Positions 40,380-53,240 of a DNA stretch of 64,000 nucleotides are shown piece after piece. Below the pieces are notes generated by a model. It saw nothing but the letters and a program-made list of their open reading frames with translations. It ran no database searches and was not told the origin of the DNA. The stretch's first letter is position 1. Every line of letters begins with the position of its first letter. This DNA is from Eledone cirrhosa. Lineage: Eukaryota. The position numbers and the translations under genes were made by a program. The stretch lies in NCBI GenBank assembly GCA_964016885.1, contig OZ024746.1:30690001-30754000 (forward strand). The letters run 5' to 3'.

Positions 40380-41175
40380 ATGGGGAAAAAGAGATAAAGT
40401 GAGTGAAGGATGAAGGGGAGGCAGAAAGAGATAGATAGACAAAAAAAGGGAGATACAATGAGTAGAGGATAAAAGGGAAGCAAAGAGAGAAACAGAAAGA
40501 CAAAGAGAGGTAGATTGAGTGAGTAAATGAAGGTGAGGAAGATAGAGACTGGCAATGGAGAGAGAGAGAGATCTATAACTGGAGTGAGTAGCAGTGAGAG
40601 AGGGATGGACAATGAATGAGTGTATGAAAGGGAAGTAGCGAGAGCTGGAAGTGGAGTGAGAGAGATGGAGTATTGAGGGAGTAAGTGAAGGAGAGGCAGA
40701 CTGCAGCGACAGAATAACAGAGATATAGGGAGATAGAAAGAGAAAGTTGAAGATGTAGTGAATGAAGGGGAGGTAAAGAGAGAAAGAGAGATGAAGTGAA
40801 CGAGTGAGTGAGAGGATCAGAGAGAGAGAGAGAGAGACAGACAGAGGGTTGGGGATGGAGTAAGTAAGTGGAAGCATAGAGAAAGAGAGAGCGTATGTTG
40901 AAGGTGGAGTAAGAGAAAGGGAGGAAGAGAGTGAAAGTAACCAGAGAGAAAGTTGAGGGTGCAGTGACTAAGTTAGGGAAGGTAGAAAGGGTGAGGGATA
41001 GACAAAGAGAGAGAGTTGAAGGGGTAGTAAGTAAATGAAGGGGAGGTAGAGACAGTGACTGAGAGAGAAAGAGAGAGGGGTGGTTGAAAGTGTAGTAAGT
41101 GAATAAGAGAAGGGAAGGTTGAGAGAATGAGGGTGTTGAAGGTGTAGTGAATAAGTGAAGGGGAGGTAAGTTGAA
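40380..41175. repeat. Purine-rich (GA) low-complexity tract
   Basis: Direct inspection; similar tracts at 18140-18560 and, as the CT strand, 26150-26455 and 63060-63187. Confidence 0.85.
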
Positions 41176-41683
41176 AGTTCAGTTTGTCCACCCCCCTTCT
41201 GTAGAAGGTTAGAATAATTTAACAGAAGTCTTCAGTGATGTTGCTGTGAAAAGCCAGCATTGTACAAGAAGTAGCCAACCTCTCCACATTTAAAATAACC
41301 TATATCACAGAGAGAGAGAGAGAGAGAGAGAAAGAAGTATAGAAAAACGAATGAATAAGTCTTTCAAACACTGACTTTTTATTTCCACCTCATGTCGATA
41401 TATTCAGCTTACGATATATTATTTCATTCACTCACATCTTTCTTCTCACTCCACTCATTCTAACATATATATATTACTATATACATATATAGTATTATAA
41501 GGCTGAATATATATATATATATACATACGTAAACATATATAGTATTATAAGCTGAAATATATATATATACATACGTAAACATATATCGTGTGACAAGGCC
41601 GAAATATACATAAAGGATAAATTTATATAAATACATACAGTTTTTAAAGCCCCCCCAAAGCAATTTAAGGTAAAGAAACAACC

Positions 41684-41848
41684 ATGGACGATCTCGAAAA
41701 ATCCCCCGATCCACATTCTTACAGTCGTCCCGACCAATGCCGGTTAATATCTTTGGACCTTGTCTGGGATATCGATTTTACCACAAACGTCATCAATGGC
41801 ACCGCTTATATCGATTTGGAGAAATCTTCTGCTTCCATCACGACAGCG
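41684..41848 (+). CDS. LTA4H: Leukotriene A4 hydrolase / M1 aminopeptidase, first coding exon (55 codons)
   Basis: Read manually: accATGg context, MDDLEKSPDPHSYSRPDQCRLISLDLVWDIDFTTNVINGTAYIDLEKSSASITTA, then donor GCG|GTGAGT at 41849 (phase 0). DP.SYS.P...L.L...VDF....I.G is the LTA4H N-terminal signature. Confidence 0.87.
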
Positions 41849-43230
41849 GTGAGTATTTGAATAATATTTCAATAAACACTTAAAAATATATATGCAGAAT
41901 CGAAAGAGCGCCGGCAAAACACCTAAAGATTTTCTTCCTGATTTCCTTTCTGAGTTCAAATCGCACCGAGGTCAATTTTGCCTTTCATCAATCCGATGTC
42001 GGTAAAATAAAGTACTAGTGGTGTATTGGGATCGATTTAATCGCCTGTCCTCTCTTTTATGTGTCGAAATTAGAAAGTTATATAGGTCTTATTTCAGTGA
42101 TCCCTGGAAAATATATATATAATGTACTGTGGGTTGTCTTAACTTGACTTCGTGGCTTCCCACCTGGATGGCTAACCCTAAATATTTTTCATATCTTGTC
42201 TTAATTATTGTGTTTTAGAATACTTTCATACTTCATTTATATTTTATCAATTTTATCTGTCTATTTTATAATATACATGCCCCAGCTCTCGTTTTTATAT
42301 AACTTCGTGTCCAGCCCCCCCCCCGTGTATGGTAACCACTATGTTTACTGTATTCTATGGACAAGCCCTTATGACTAATAATAAAAATATATATAGTATA
42401 GTAATATAACACCAGTTGCCTGCCTTATCGCAAACTTTAGACTTACGTCTCTCATCTTCTGATTAATGGGTAGAGCATCGAACAAAATACCTTGCGGTAT
42501 TTGATCCGGCAAGCCGAGGCCCACTTCTCTTTTCGTCCTTCCAGAGCAGTGTCTCAATAAAATAAAGTATAAGATGTGTCTTCTCATAACTATCTGATCT
42601 TATGCCGGGTCTATGTTAGCAAAAACTATTTGTTCGGGCACCGACTCCAAATAGCACTGAAATCAACTTTGCTTTTCATTCTTCTGAAGTGGTTGATTAA
42701 AATAAAGTACCAGTTAAATACTAGAGTGGTTATAATCGACTTTCTCATTCTTTCAAAATTCCTGGCCTTGAGCCTAAATTAGAAGCCATTATCACACACA
42801 CATGTGTATGTATAGTATATGTGTGTGGGTATGTATATATATAAATGTGTGCGTGTTAATTATGTTTTATAATAATTTTTATTTTTTTTATGTTATATCA
42901 TTAATTTTTTTATTGTATAAGATCTTGCCCCTACCCTCGTTTATATATAACTTTGTCCAGCCACACACGTATTGTAACCCCGATATTTATGTTTACTCTA
43001 TTATATGTGCAAACCCTTGTGGCCAATAAAAGAACCGATTATCTCTATTCTTCAGTGACGAAGTCGAAGATTTACTACGAAATACACTGTACCTCTGTTT
43101 GTTGTTTCCTTGAACTATATATATATATATATATATATATAAAAACATATATATATAACAGAGAGGGTGTGGTAAGATACCAGGTGGACCATAAAGCACC
43201 AGAGTACTCGATACTTGGGGTAGTAGAGAG

Positions 43231-43277
<47 letters not shown>

Positions 43278-43675
43278 CTAATACGATTTATAAAATATAA
43301 TGAAAGTGAAATATAATATAACACAATAATATATTTATAGATACATGGATGTGTATTATCTGTCAGATAGACACCCATATCTATATATGTGTGCGTGTTA
43401 TGTGGCTTTTCTAACGTAGTTTTACTTACAACACGATATTTAATCAAGTCATTTTATCAAACAACTAAAACTCTAGACATTGTTTATTTACGTATTAATA
43501 ATAGTTTTTTTTTAGGCAATCCTTAAATGTACTTTACGAAAACATTTAGACAATGTAAGGAAGACAATATGTTAACAAACAACTGTTGTGAAATTCTTAA
43601 CTTTTGTCTCAAATTAAGTCAGCTACCACGTGTATTATCTTTATATATACAGTATATATATATATATATATATAT

Positions 43676-43709
<34 letters not shown>

Positions 43710-43713
<4 letters not shown>

Positions 43714-43785
43714 AATTAGTGCCCGGCGGCTGAGCTCATGCCGTTGAAACGGCATTAGATCAGCTGTCCGGCACTAACTTTTCTC
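43710..43785. other. ~75-bp imperfect hairpin next to (TA)n, related to fold-back family B
   Basis: GAAAAATTAGTGCC...ATGCCGTT GAA ACGGCAT...GGCACTAACTTTTTC. Confidence 0.65.
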
Positions 43786-44105
43786 TATACATACACTCAA
43801 TTTTGCCAAATCTGTCTGTATGTATATATATCTTGGTTAAGAGAGTGGGACTGGCTTTGTGCAGTGCCTTTGCTCACTATAAAAGCTTCACGGCACAGGC
43901 ATTGCTTTATATCTGGAGATCTCTCTGCACTTGTCGTCACATGGTACCATGGGCCCAGCACTGTCAATAATTGTCACAATTGTAGTGTTTGTACCAGAGT
44001 TTTCAAGTTGCTGGCTGGACTAAAAAGTCACTCGTTCAGCGCATCGGTAGGAGTTCTCCTACATGGATATAAAGTAGTGGCCGTACTCGAAAACGAGTTG
44101 GCAGC

Positions 44106-44192
<87 letters not shown>

Positions 44193-44997
44193 TAACGTTT
44201 TGAAAAAAAAAATCGATAAAATAAGTACCAAACTTGATAAGTACTTGATAAGACTGCCTAAATTCCTACAAACAAATCTCTCTCTCTATATATATATATA
44301 TCTCAACCTGATTAGTTCTATCGTTACTTTGGTATGTATTGTGTGTTAGTTTCGCCTACCACAATGTTCGATTTGTCAAGCTATTTAAACGTATGTTATT
44401 ACTCTGAGGTCCTATTTTATCGAGTGCTTTGCTAACTCATCATTTCATATAAGTAGGCCGAATTTACTTGCAAACCGCCAAAGATTCGATTTTACTGATT
44501 TCCAATTATATATATTTATATATATTTTAACAATGAAAATAAAACAAAAGTGAAGATATGTGCTTAATTAGTTCATTGTTTTACGATCGTTCCAGAAGAT
44601 TGATTGATCATGATAAATCGATATATTGACCAAATGATAATGGTTATGCCACCACATATTACTAGTCTCAATATTCTAGATCCATCTCACCGATTTTCTT
44701 CCTTATCATCATCGTTGTCATCAACGTCTATTTTCCACGCTAGCATGGGTAGGACGAGTTGCCCCATTGTGAGACAAGTCAAATCAAATGACTGTCTTTC
44801 TCACATTGAACCGTTTCTGGATAGGGTTTCTGCAACTGGATGCTCTTTCTAACGCCAACGACATTTACAATTTGGACTGGGTGCCTTTTATCATAGCACC
44901 ATAACAGCGCTTTACAGTGTGCACTGGGCGCCTTTTGTCGTGGTATTAAAACAACCACCTTATGGGGTGGACTTACTGCTTTTTGTCGTGTGTATTA

Positions 44998-46690
44998 TAT
45001 CATCGTTTAACGTCCATCTTCCACGCTAGCATGTGTTAGACGGGAGTTGTCCCACTTGAGGCAAGGTTGGTTGGGTGACCGTGTCTCGCTCATATAGGAC
45101 TATCTGGCAGGTTTTCTATGGCTGGATGCCCTTCCTAACACCAACCACATTTACAGTGTGGAACTGGGAACTTTTTACCGTGTTACCTACACGGCCACAT
45201 TACAGCGTGGACTGTGTGTTTTTTGTCGTGACACCTACACGATCTCGATCTCATTATCTCGTGGTGTTGGTGGGAGTGGGAGGATAGGGTAGGGGTAGTG
45301 GATTGGGGTGTATATTTGGTTAAGAGGTGACTACTGACTGTAGGTTTCGCTTTGTACATAGGCAAGGCGGGTCTTCTGTATTACTTACTGCATAGCGCCA
45401 AAGATCTCGGTCCAGTGACATTGTCTTAGAGAGGTGCAAGTGTGTAAGGTCGGAATTTATCAGATCGTCCCAGGTTTTTCTGGGTCTACCTACTCCGTAA
45501 CTACCATCAATTTTGATCGCCCTGCACTTTTTTATGCAGCTGTCGTCTTTCATGCGCATCACGTGACCATACCAGCGTAGTCTTCTCTCAAGTAAACAGC
45601 ATCTGATCCCTCTTATTCCTAATTTCTCACTTAGTTCATTTATGCTTTGCCGTTCACATATATTACTATTACACATCCAACGGAGCATGCATGCTTCGTT
45701 CCTTTCCAGTCTGCGCAGGTCCTCTGCACGTAATGCCCATGTCTCACTGCCATGTAGCATTGTTGTTCGTATACAGGCATCGTACAATCTGCCTTTCATT
45801 TTTAGAGAGAAACCTTTTGTGGCCAACAGCGGTATAAGCTCTCTGAACTTTTTCCATCTCGTTCTGACTCTGGCTACTGTACTTTCAGAACACCCTCCAC
45901 CACTTCTGATTTCGTCACCCAGGTAACGGAAAGTGTCTACTATTTCTATAGAACCATCTGGGCAATAGAAGGAGTTAGTATCCTGTGGACACTTGCTACT
46001 TATTGCACCTGAGCATTGGCCACATATAAAGTCTACGTTCTTTTATGTACCTATACTTTGCATTTGGGACATAAAATGGAATTTCTGCCTACTCCTTTCC
46101 TACACACTGAGCATGGCCATTTCCCTGAGGGCACCTGTGCCCTATTTTCCTGTCTACAAACTAGAACTTTAGTCTTAGATAGGTTAACTTTAAGGTCTTT
46201 TGATTCAAGGCCATGCTTCCATGTTTGGAATTTCTTCTCTAGTTCAGCCATTGATTCAGCTATGAGCGTTAGATCATCTGCGTATAGGAGTTCCCATGGG
46301 CAGCCGGTCTTGAACTCCTCTGTTATAGCCTGAAGGGCAATAATAAATAGGAGGGGGCTAAGGACAGAGCTTTGATGAACACCAACTTTTACACTAAATT
46401 CTTCACAATATTCATTGTTAATTCTAACCTTACTGACTGTTTCATTATACATAGCTTGTATAGCTCTCACAAGCTATTCATCTACACCTAGTTTTCTAAG
46501 AGCCCACCAGATATTGGAGCGGGGGACTCTGTCAAAGGGTTTCTCCAGGTCTGCAATAGCTAAGTAGAGGGGTTTACTTTTAGCTTGGTACTTCTCTTGT
46601 AGTTATCGTACTAGGAAAAGAGCACCTGTGGTACTTTTACCTGACACAAACCCAAACTGCATTTCATCTAGATCAATTCGCTCTCTAGAT
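44998..46690 (-). mobile_element. RTE LINE (RT to 3'UTR), decayed, antisense in LTA4H intron 1
   Basis: ORFs 46051-46470 (LLYADDL) and 45320-45826 (WYGHVMR); same subfamily as 59471-62188. Confidence 0.9.
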
Positions 46691-46721
46691 CAATATATAT
46701 ATATGTATATAATGTATATAT

Positions 46722-47143
46722 ATCATCATCATCATCGTTTAACGTCCATGTTCCACGCTTGCATGGGTTTGGACGGGAGTTTTCCCACTTGGGGCAAGAA
46801 TGGTTGTCTTGCTCGCATAGGACTGTCTGGCGGGTTTTCTACAGCTGGATGCCCTTCCTAACACCAACCACATTTACAGTGTGGGGCTGGGAGGTTTTCA
46901 CCAAACTTTGCATTTGGGACACAAAATGGAGTTTCTACCTACGCCTTTCCTACACACTGAGCATGGCCATTTCCCGGAAGGGACCGGCGCCTTATTTTCT
47001 TTCCTACAAACTAGAACTTTAGTCTTAGCCAGGTTAATTTTAAGGCCTTTTGATTCTAGGCCGTGCTTCCATGTTTGGAATTTCTTCTCTAGCTCGGCCA
47101 TTGATTCAGCTATGAGCGTTAGATCATCTGCGTATAGGAGTTA
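46722..47143 (-). mobile_element. RTE RT fragment fused directly to the RTE 3' tail (large internal deletion)
   Basis: ELLYADDL...CPKCKVW joins the 3'UTR sequence GGTGAAAACCTCCCAGCC at about 46900. Confidence 0.8.
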
Positions 47144-49197
47144 CCATACGCACACACCCGTGTGTGTGTGGTAGCATTACAATAAAAAGCATAGTTCCAC
47201 ACTGTATGGTGGTAGGCATTAGGAAGGACATCAAGCCTTAGAAAACCAAGACAGAAACAGATCATATCGGTAAGATATAATCACCTGACTTTAACCCTTG
47301 CAAGATCTGATTGCCTCATCTGTGTAGCCTCAAAATGTGACAACCTGTCAGACCTACACAAACAGGGAAAATAAACATTAAATGATGAATCTTCCATTGG
47401 TTTCAATGATGAGCATTTCATTTCTTTGATCTACTGAATATACATGGTTGAGTAGTCCACAAACATGTGTACCCTTCTTCTTCTTAGCCCACTATTTCTG
47501 GGAGGGTTGTGGGAGCATGGTCTTCAAGCACACCTTCAGCAGGTCCTGTCAGAAGCAACCATCTCTAATTGATCCAGCTGGATCCTCAAGTGAATCCAGC
47601 TGAGCTCATGGATGTTATCCAACTATCTTGCTCAGGGTCTACCCAATTCTTTCCTGAGACATTCTGACCCCCATGTCCATTATAGCTGAGCTGCGATCTC
47701 TCAATTCAGAGAAGTAACATCTCTACCTGGAACAACTCACTGATCTCCAAGCTATGCATTCTTGAGTAACATTACTCCAAAAATGTTTCAGAGGAACCCC
47801 ATTTTGGCCACTTGTATTCACGACCATGGGTAAGGTTTGGCACAAATACTGAATTGAAGATAGCGAGTTTGACTTTTACACCTACCTACCTCCTGATGTT
47901 GGAATGCTGAAGCTGACACATTACAGTGCCCATTAACGTGATTCTCTAGCCAAAACAACATGGCACAATGTATGGCATGGCTAGATCTCTGAGATACAGA
48001 TACAATCCCTGTAGTGGGCTTTCACACAGGTTTTGCCTACCCAATTTCGCAAGTGGTTTTGGTCAACCCAAGGCTTTGTTAATAGGACACAGTCAGAAGC
48101 CCCACATAGTAAAAAATAAAATGAAACAGTAAAATAAGTCTGGTTGGGTGGGGGACTTTGTCTGAGAGGATGGGAGAATTTTGTTAGGTAGGGTAGAGTG
48201 GGGAGATTTTTGCCAGGTAAGGTGAGGGATTTTGTCTGGTAGGGAGGAGTTTTAGGGTCAGTAAAGTACTAGTCAAGTACTGCTGTTGATATAATCGACT
48301 TTCCCCTCTCCTCTAAATTGCTGGCCTTCTGCCAAAATAAAAAGCCATTACTATATTCCTATTTTCTGTGTTTAGGACAGCCACACCAGATTTTCTTGAC
48401 AAATTAATTGGTTAAAAAGGTCCATCTTATACACCAAATAATATGGTAATTAGGGGAAGGGCATAAAATAGGCATTGTAGACCCTTTTATTACCATATTT
48501 CTAATGAAAGATACAGCCTATCTCATTAACCCTTTAGTTACCAAATTTCAAATGAAAGACACTGTTTATGTCATTCAACCCTTTGATGCCCTATTTCTAA
48601 TGAAAGACACTGTTTATGTCTTTCACCCCTTCATTACCGTATTTCTGATGAAAGACTGCCTATGGTTTTCAAATCATCTTGAAAATAATCAAGAATTTGG
48701 AGTGATCTAGTAATATAATTTTCTCATTGTTAAGCTGTTGTTTGGAACATAACATAACAAAGTTCTTATATATATAGTTATGATGGAAGGTTTTTAGATG
48801 AATATAAACACTTTAATTTAATCCTTTCATTACTATATTCTAATGAAAGTCACTGCCTCTCATTTTCGAATCATTTTGAAAATAATCAACAATTTGGAAG
48901 CATTTAGTAATATAACAAACTTTCTCCATTATTAAGATGGATTTTGAAACATTTCTTAACAAAAGATTCTTACATAAAATGGAAGGTTTTTAGATAAATA
49001 TAAAAACTTTAAAATAAACAGTTTATCATAGAACCAGGAGTATTTCAGGTGGTTTGGTGTGAATAGAACCAGGGATAGTTCAAGGAGGTTTAGTATAAAA
49101 GGTGAAAACTAAGAAGGGAGAAATTGTGGTGAAATAAATAGAACCTTTTAATAGGAGTATGTATGTATGTATGTATATATATATATATATATATATA

Positions 49198-49673
49198 TAC
49201 AATATTAAATAAATGGAAAACTATATTTATAAAACCATATTTATTTCATTATATATATTTCGGGGATATCATATTAACAATATGCTATGCCTTCATCAGA
49301 CAAAATACAATATAAACAGTTTTATAGACAAATAGGTTCGACATACCGTTATAACACCGACTTCATTTGAAGAGGTTTACTCTGGCTGTGTAAACCTCAG
49401 CCAGAGTAAACCTCTTCAAATGAAGTCGGTGTTATAACGGTATGTCGAACCTATTTGTCTATAAAACTGTTTATATTGTATTTTGTCTGATGAAGGCATA
49501 GCATATTGTTAATATGATATCCCCGAAATATATATAATGAAATAAATATGGTTTTATAAATATAGTTTTCCATTTATTTAATATTGTAAATATACTCCAA
49601 ATATTTGTCGAGTGCTTTTATACCAGTTATAAATATTTACTAGTTGTAACCCAACAATTTTAAATATAACTTT

Positions 49674-49675
<2 letters not shown>
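49198..49675. mobile_element. Fold-back element (~191-bp inverted arms, 9-bp spacer, ~87-bp one-sided tail) within (TA)n, carrying a hammerhead motif
   Basis: Arms 49198-49388 and 49398-49588 appear to be exact reverse complements; tail 49589-49675; TA tracts on both sides. Confidence 0.88.
49479..49544 (+). ncRNA. Minimal type I hammerhead ribozyme motif (mirror copy on the minus strand at about 49242-49307)
   Basis: TATTTTGT-CTGATGA (49487-93), stem II with 11 of 14 positions paired (CATATT/AATATG), GAAA (49525-28), palindromic ATATATAT, predicted cleavage after A49536, ATGAAATA closing an 8-bp stem I with 2 G-U pairs. Confidence 0.75.
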
Positions 49676-49704
<29 letters not shown>

Positions 49705-49708
<4 letters not shown>

Positions 49709-49957
49709 GTAAGAATATTTTTCGAAACAGTTAGCGGGTTTGAAATTATTATAAATGTAAGCTATCGCCGTATTTTGACTTAAGAAATTAAAGAAATTAT
49801 TTAGCCGGGTAGTGGGGTTAAGAACCCTTGGAGAAATGGAAAAAAAAATGTATGTCAATACTCATCTTTTTCCATTTCTCCGAGGGTTCTTAACCCCACT
49901 ACCAGGCTAAATAATTTCTTTAGTCAAATTACGACGATAGCTTACATTTATAATAAT
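49705..49957. mobile_element. Fold-back element (~100-bp imperfect arms, ~40-bp one-sided extension) within (TA)n
   Basis: TTATTATAAATGTAAGCTATCG...GGAGAAATGGAAAAA versus TTTTTCCATTTCTCC...CGATAGCTTACATTTATAATAA. Confidence 0.75.
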
Positions 49958-50007
49958 ATATATATATATATGTGTGTGTGTGTATGTGTATATATATGTA
50001 TATATAT

Positions 50008-50371
50008 GGAGGCACATGGCTTAGTGGTTAAAGCATTGGCCTTGCAATGAAAACGTTGTGAGTTTAATTCTCAGACTGGGTGATGTGTTGTTTCCTTGAG
50101 CAAGTCACTTTATTTCACATTGCTCCAGTTTACTCAGCTGTAGAAATGAGATGATAGGACAGGGGTCCCTATCATTCCACTGCAAAGTGGTCGTGGAGGT
50201 GCCATGGCAAAAAAGCACCCAGCCCACACTGTAAAGTGGACGTGTAGGCGCCACGGGAAAAAAAAAAGCACCCAGCACTCACTGTAAATGAGGTTGGTGT
50301 TAGGAAGGGCATCCAGCTGTAGAAATCAAGCCAGAATCAGCAAGGAAAAGTGGACGTAAAATGATGATGAT
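50008..50371 (+). mobile_element. SINE family 2, full length (tRNA head, central domain, RTE-derived 3' end)
   Basis: A box TGGCTTAGTGG, B-box-like GAGTTTAATTC; the 3' part matches the RTE 3'UTR at about 10760-10900. Confidence 0.9.
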
Positions 50372-50457
50372 ATGTATAATTATATATACACATGTATTTA
50401 TATATATATATATATATATATAAGAGGGATCAGATATATATATATATATATATATAT

Positions 50458-51111
50458 ATAAGAGGGATCAGATGTTGTTTACTCGAGAGAAGGCTACGTT
50501 GGTATGGACACGTGATGCGCATGAAAGTCGATAGCTGTATAAAAAAGTGCAGGGCAATAAAGATAGACGGTAGTCACGGAATAGGCAGACCTAGAAAAAC
50601 CTGGGACGAGCTGATAAACTCCGACATCACACACTTACACCTCTCCAAGACAATGTCACTGGACCGAGACCTTTGGCGGTACTCAGTAACAGAGAAGACC
50701 CGCCTTACCTAAATATATAGTAAAACCTACTCCAGCCAGTAGGCATCTCTAACAAAATACACCCCGTCCCACCACCCCCACCCCCACCCCATCCACACCA
50801 CCCCGTTCTATGTAAAGTTATGTTGGTGCCGTGCCATCCAGGCCGAAACAAATGAGATCGTGTAGGTGTCACGACAAAAAAACACACAGTCCACGCTGTA
50901 ATGTGGCCGTGTAGGCAACACGGTAAAAACCTCCCAGACCCACACTGTAAATGTGGTTGGTGTTAGGAAGGGCATCCAACTGTAGAAAACCTGCCAGACA
51001 GTCCTATGCGAGCAAGACAATCACTCTTGCCTCAAGTGGGACTACCCCCGTCCAAACCCATGCAAGCATGGAACACGGACGTTAAACGTTGATGATGATG
51101 ATGATGATGAT
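50458..51111 (+). mobile_element. RTE LINE 3' fragment
   Basis: IRGIRCCLLERRLRWYGHVMR..., followed by the 3'UTR and (GAT)n tail. Confidence 0.9.
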
Positions 51112-51177
51112 ACATGTATATTATATATTTGTGTGTGTATATATATATATACACATGTATATGTATAATTATATATT

Positions 51178-51213
<36 letters not shown>

Positions 51214-51462
51214 GATGTATATATAAATATATATATATATACACATGTATATATAAATATATATATATATATATACACATGTATATATAAATATATATAT
51301 ATATACACATGTATATATAAATATATATATATATACATGTATATATAAATATATATATATACATGTATAAGTGAGTATATGTATATATATATATATATGT
51401 GAAAGTGTAATATAAATGAATTGGTTGTTTTAAAAAAAGGGAATGGGATGGATTTGTTCTGT

Positions 51463-51510
<48 letters not shown>

Positions 51511-52724
51511 ACACACACACCCACCACCCTGTCTGGCCTTTGGTAAGAAAATGGCAAGAATGGAATCTGCAAACATTGGGACCCAGCCCAGTAACAGAAG
51601 CAGCATTTCTAATGATGATTACTTCCATGTGATGGAGAGAAATCAAAGTAGGGGACTGTCTGAAGGAACTCTTTGTAATGGAGAGTGGGTGATGGTGGTG
51701 AAGGGGGAGATAAAGAAGAATTAAATCTCAGTACCACCACCACTATCATCATCACCCCACCACTATCATCACCACCACCACCTCTTTCTCCTTTTCTATT
51801 TCCTTTTCTTCTTTGCTTTCTATTTCTTCTACTTCTACAAACACTGAGATGTGGTAGAAATAGCAGCCAAACCTCCATCACATCACACCCTACTGCCTTG
51901 GAAAAGGGAAGGACACATTATGGTGAATCTATCCCTAGATACCACTAAAAAAATCCCCAAAAGACACGATGGTCATGGATAGAATGTCTTTGATCAGAGA
52001 TTTATTGATCAAGGTTTAATCCTTTTGATACCAAACAGCCTGAAATAACCCCTGGTTTTCTGATACTAAGCTGTAAGCTGTTAATTTTAAAATGTATATA
52101 TTTATCTAAATATATTACTAAATCCCTCTAAGTTATTTTAAAAATTATTTGAAATCACAGTGTTTTTCATTAGATATATGGTAATGGAAGGCTTAAGTTA
52201 TGTGCCAAACACTAACTTAATAATGAGAAATCCCTCCAAATTCTTGATTATTTTCAAAATTATTTAAAAATCATAATCAGTGTCTTTCATTAGAAATATG
52301 ATAATGAAATGGTTAACCTAGGGCTAAACAACACTGAATTATGTTGAAAGGGGAGAGTGAGAGAGAGCTGAAGGGATAGAAATGGAGTAAAAGAGAGAGG
52401 GGGGGGGGGTGATGGAGAGAGCTTGATAGATAGAAATGGAGTAAGAGAGTGTGTGAGAGATAGAGTGGATGAAAGCAAGGGATGGTAGAATGCACAAATG
52501 GAAAAAATTACTTGAAAGTAACTGGAGCTGACATGAATTGGGGTGGGTGGAGGAAGAGGTAGTGATGGTGAAGATGAAATACTAGAAGAAATAAGAAGAG
52601 AAAGAGATAAAGAAATGGTAGACTTTCAAAATCTATACAAAATCGAAGAACGAGGAAAAGAACTGCCAAGAATGCAGTAACAGGTTTGAAAGAATATTAA
52701 GATGAATGTATAAGGAACTTTAAT

Positions 52725-53240
52725 GTATGGTGGTAGTGCTGGTGCCATGATAAAAACGCCCAATCCACTCCGTAAGGTGGTAGTGCTGGTACCATGATAA
52801 AAAGCACCCAGTCTACCCTGTAAAGTGGTAGTGCTCTTGCCATAACAAGAAGCACCCAGTTCACCATGTAAAGTGGTAGTGCTCTTGCCATAACAAGAAG
52901 CACCCAGTTCACCATGTAAAGTGGTAGTGCTCTTGCCATAACAAGAAGCACCCAGTTCACTATGTAAAGTGGTAGTGCTCTTGCCATAACAAGAAGCACC
53001 CAGTTCACCATGTAAAGTGGTAGTGCTGGTGCCTTGACAAGAAGCACCCAGTTCACTATGTAAAGTGGTAGTGCTCTTGCCATAACAAGAAGCACCCAGT
53101 TCACCATGTAAAGTGGTAGTGCTGGTGCCTTGACAAGAAGCATTCAGCCCACTGTAAGGTGGTAGTTCTGGTGCTATGGCAAAAATAAACCAGTCTACTC
53201 TGCAAGGTAGTAGTGCTGGTGCCACAATAAAAAGCATCCA
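52725..53240. repeat. 48-bp minisatellite, about 10 copies, derived from an RTE/SINE 3'UTR subrepeat
   Basis: GCACCCAGTTCACCATGTAAAGTGGTAGTGCTCTTGCCATAACAAGAA; compare AAAAAGCACCCAGCCCACACTGTAAAGTGG in SINE family 2. Confidence 0.85.

Noticed and set aside
43050-43095. GTGACGA...ACGAAATACACTGTAC hammerhead-like motif beside (TA)n
   Set aside because: The core C and the cleavage-site U are both missing and stem II is weak; too degenerate to call on its own.
43860-44108. Non-repetitive-looking island in LTA4H intron 1 as a possible exon
   Set aside because: No convincing splice sites or LTA4H similarity, and exons 1 and 2 already join in frame; probably an unidentified transposon relic.
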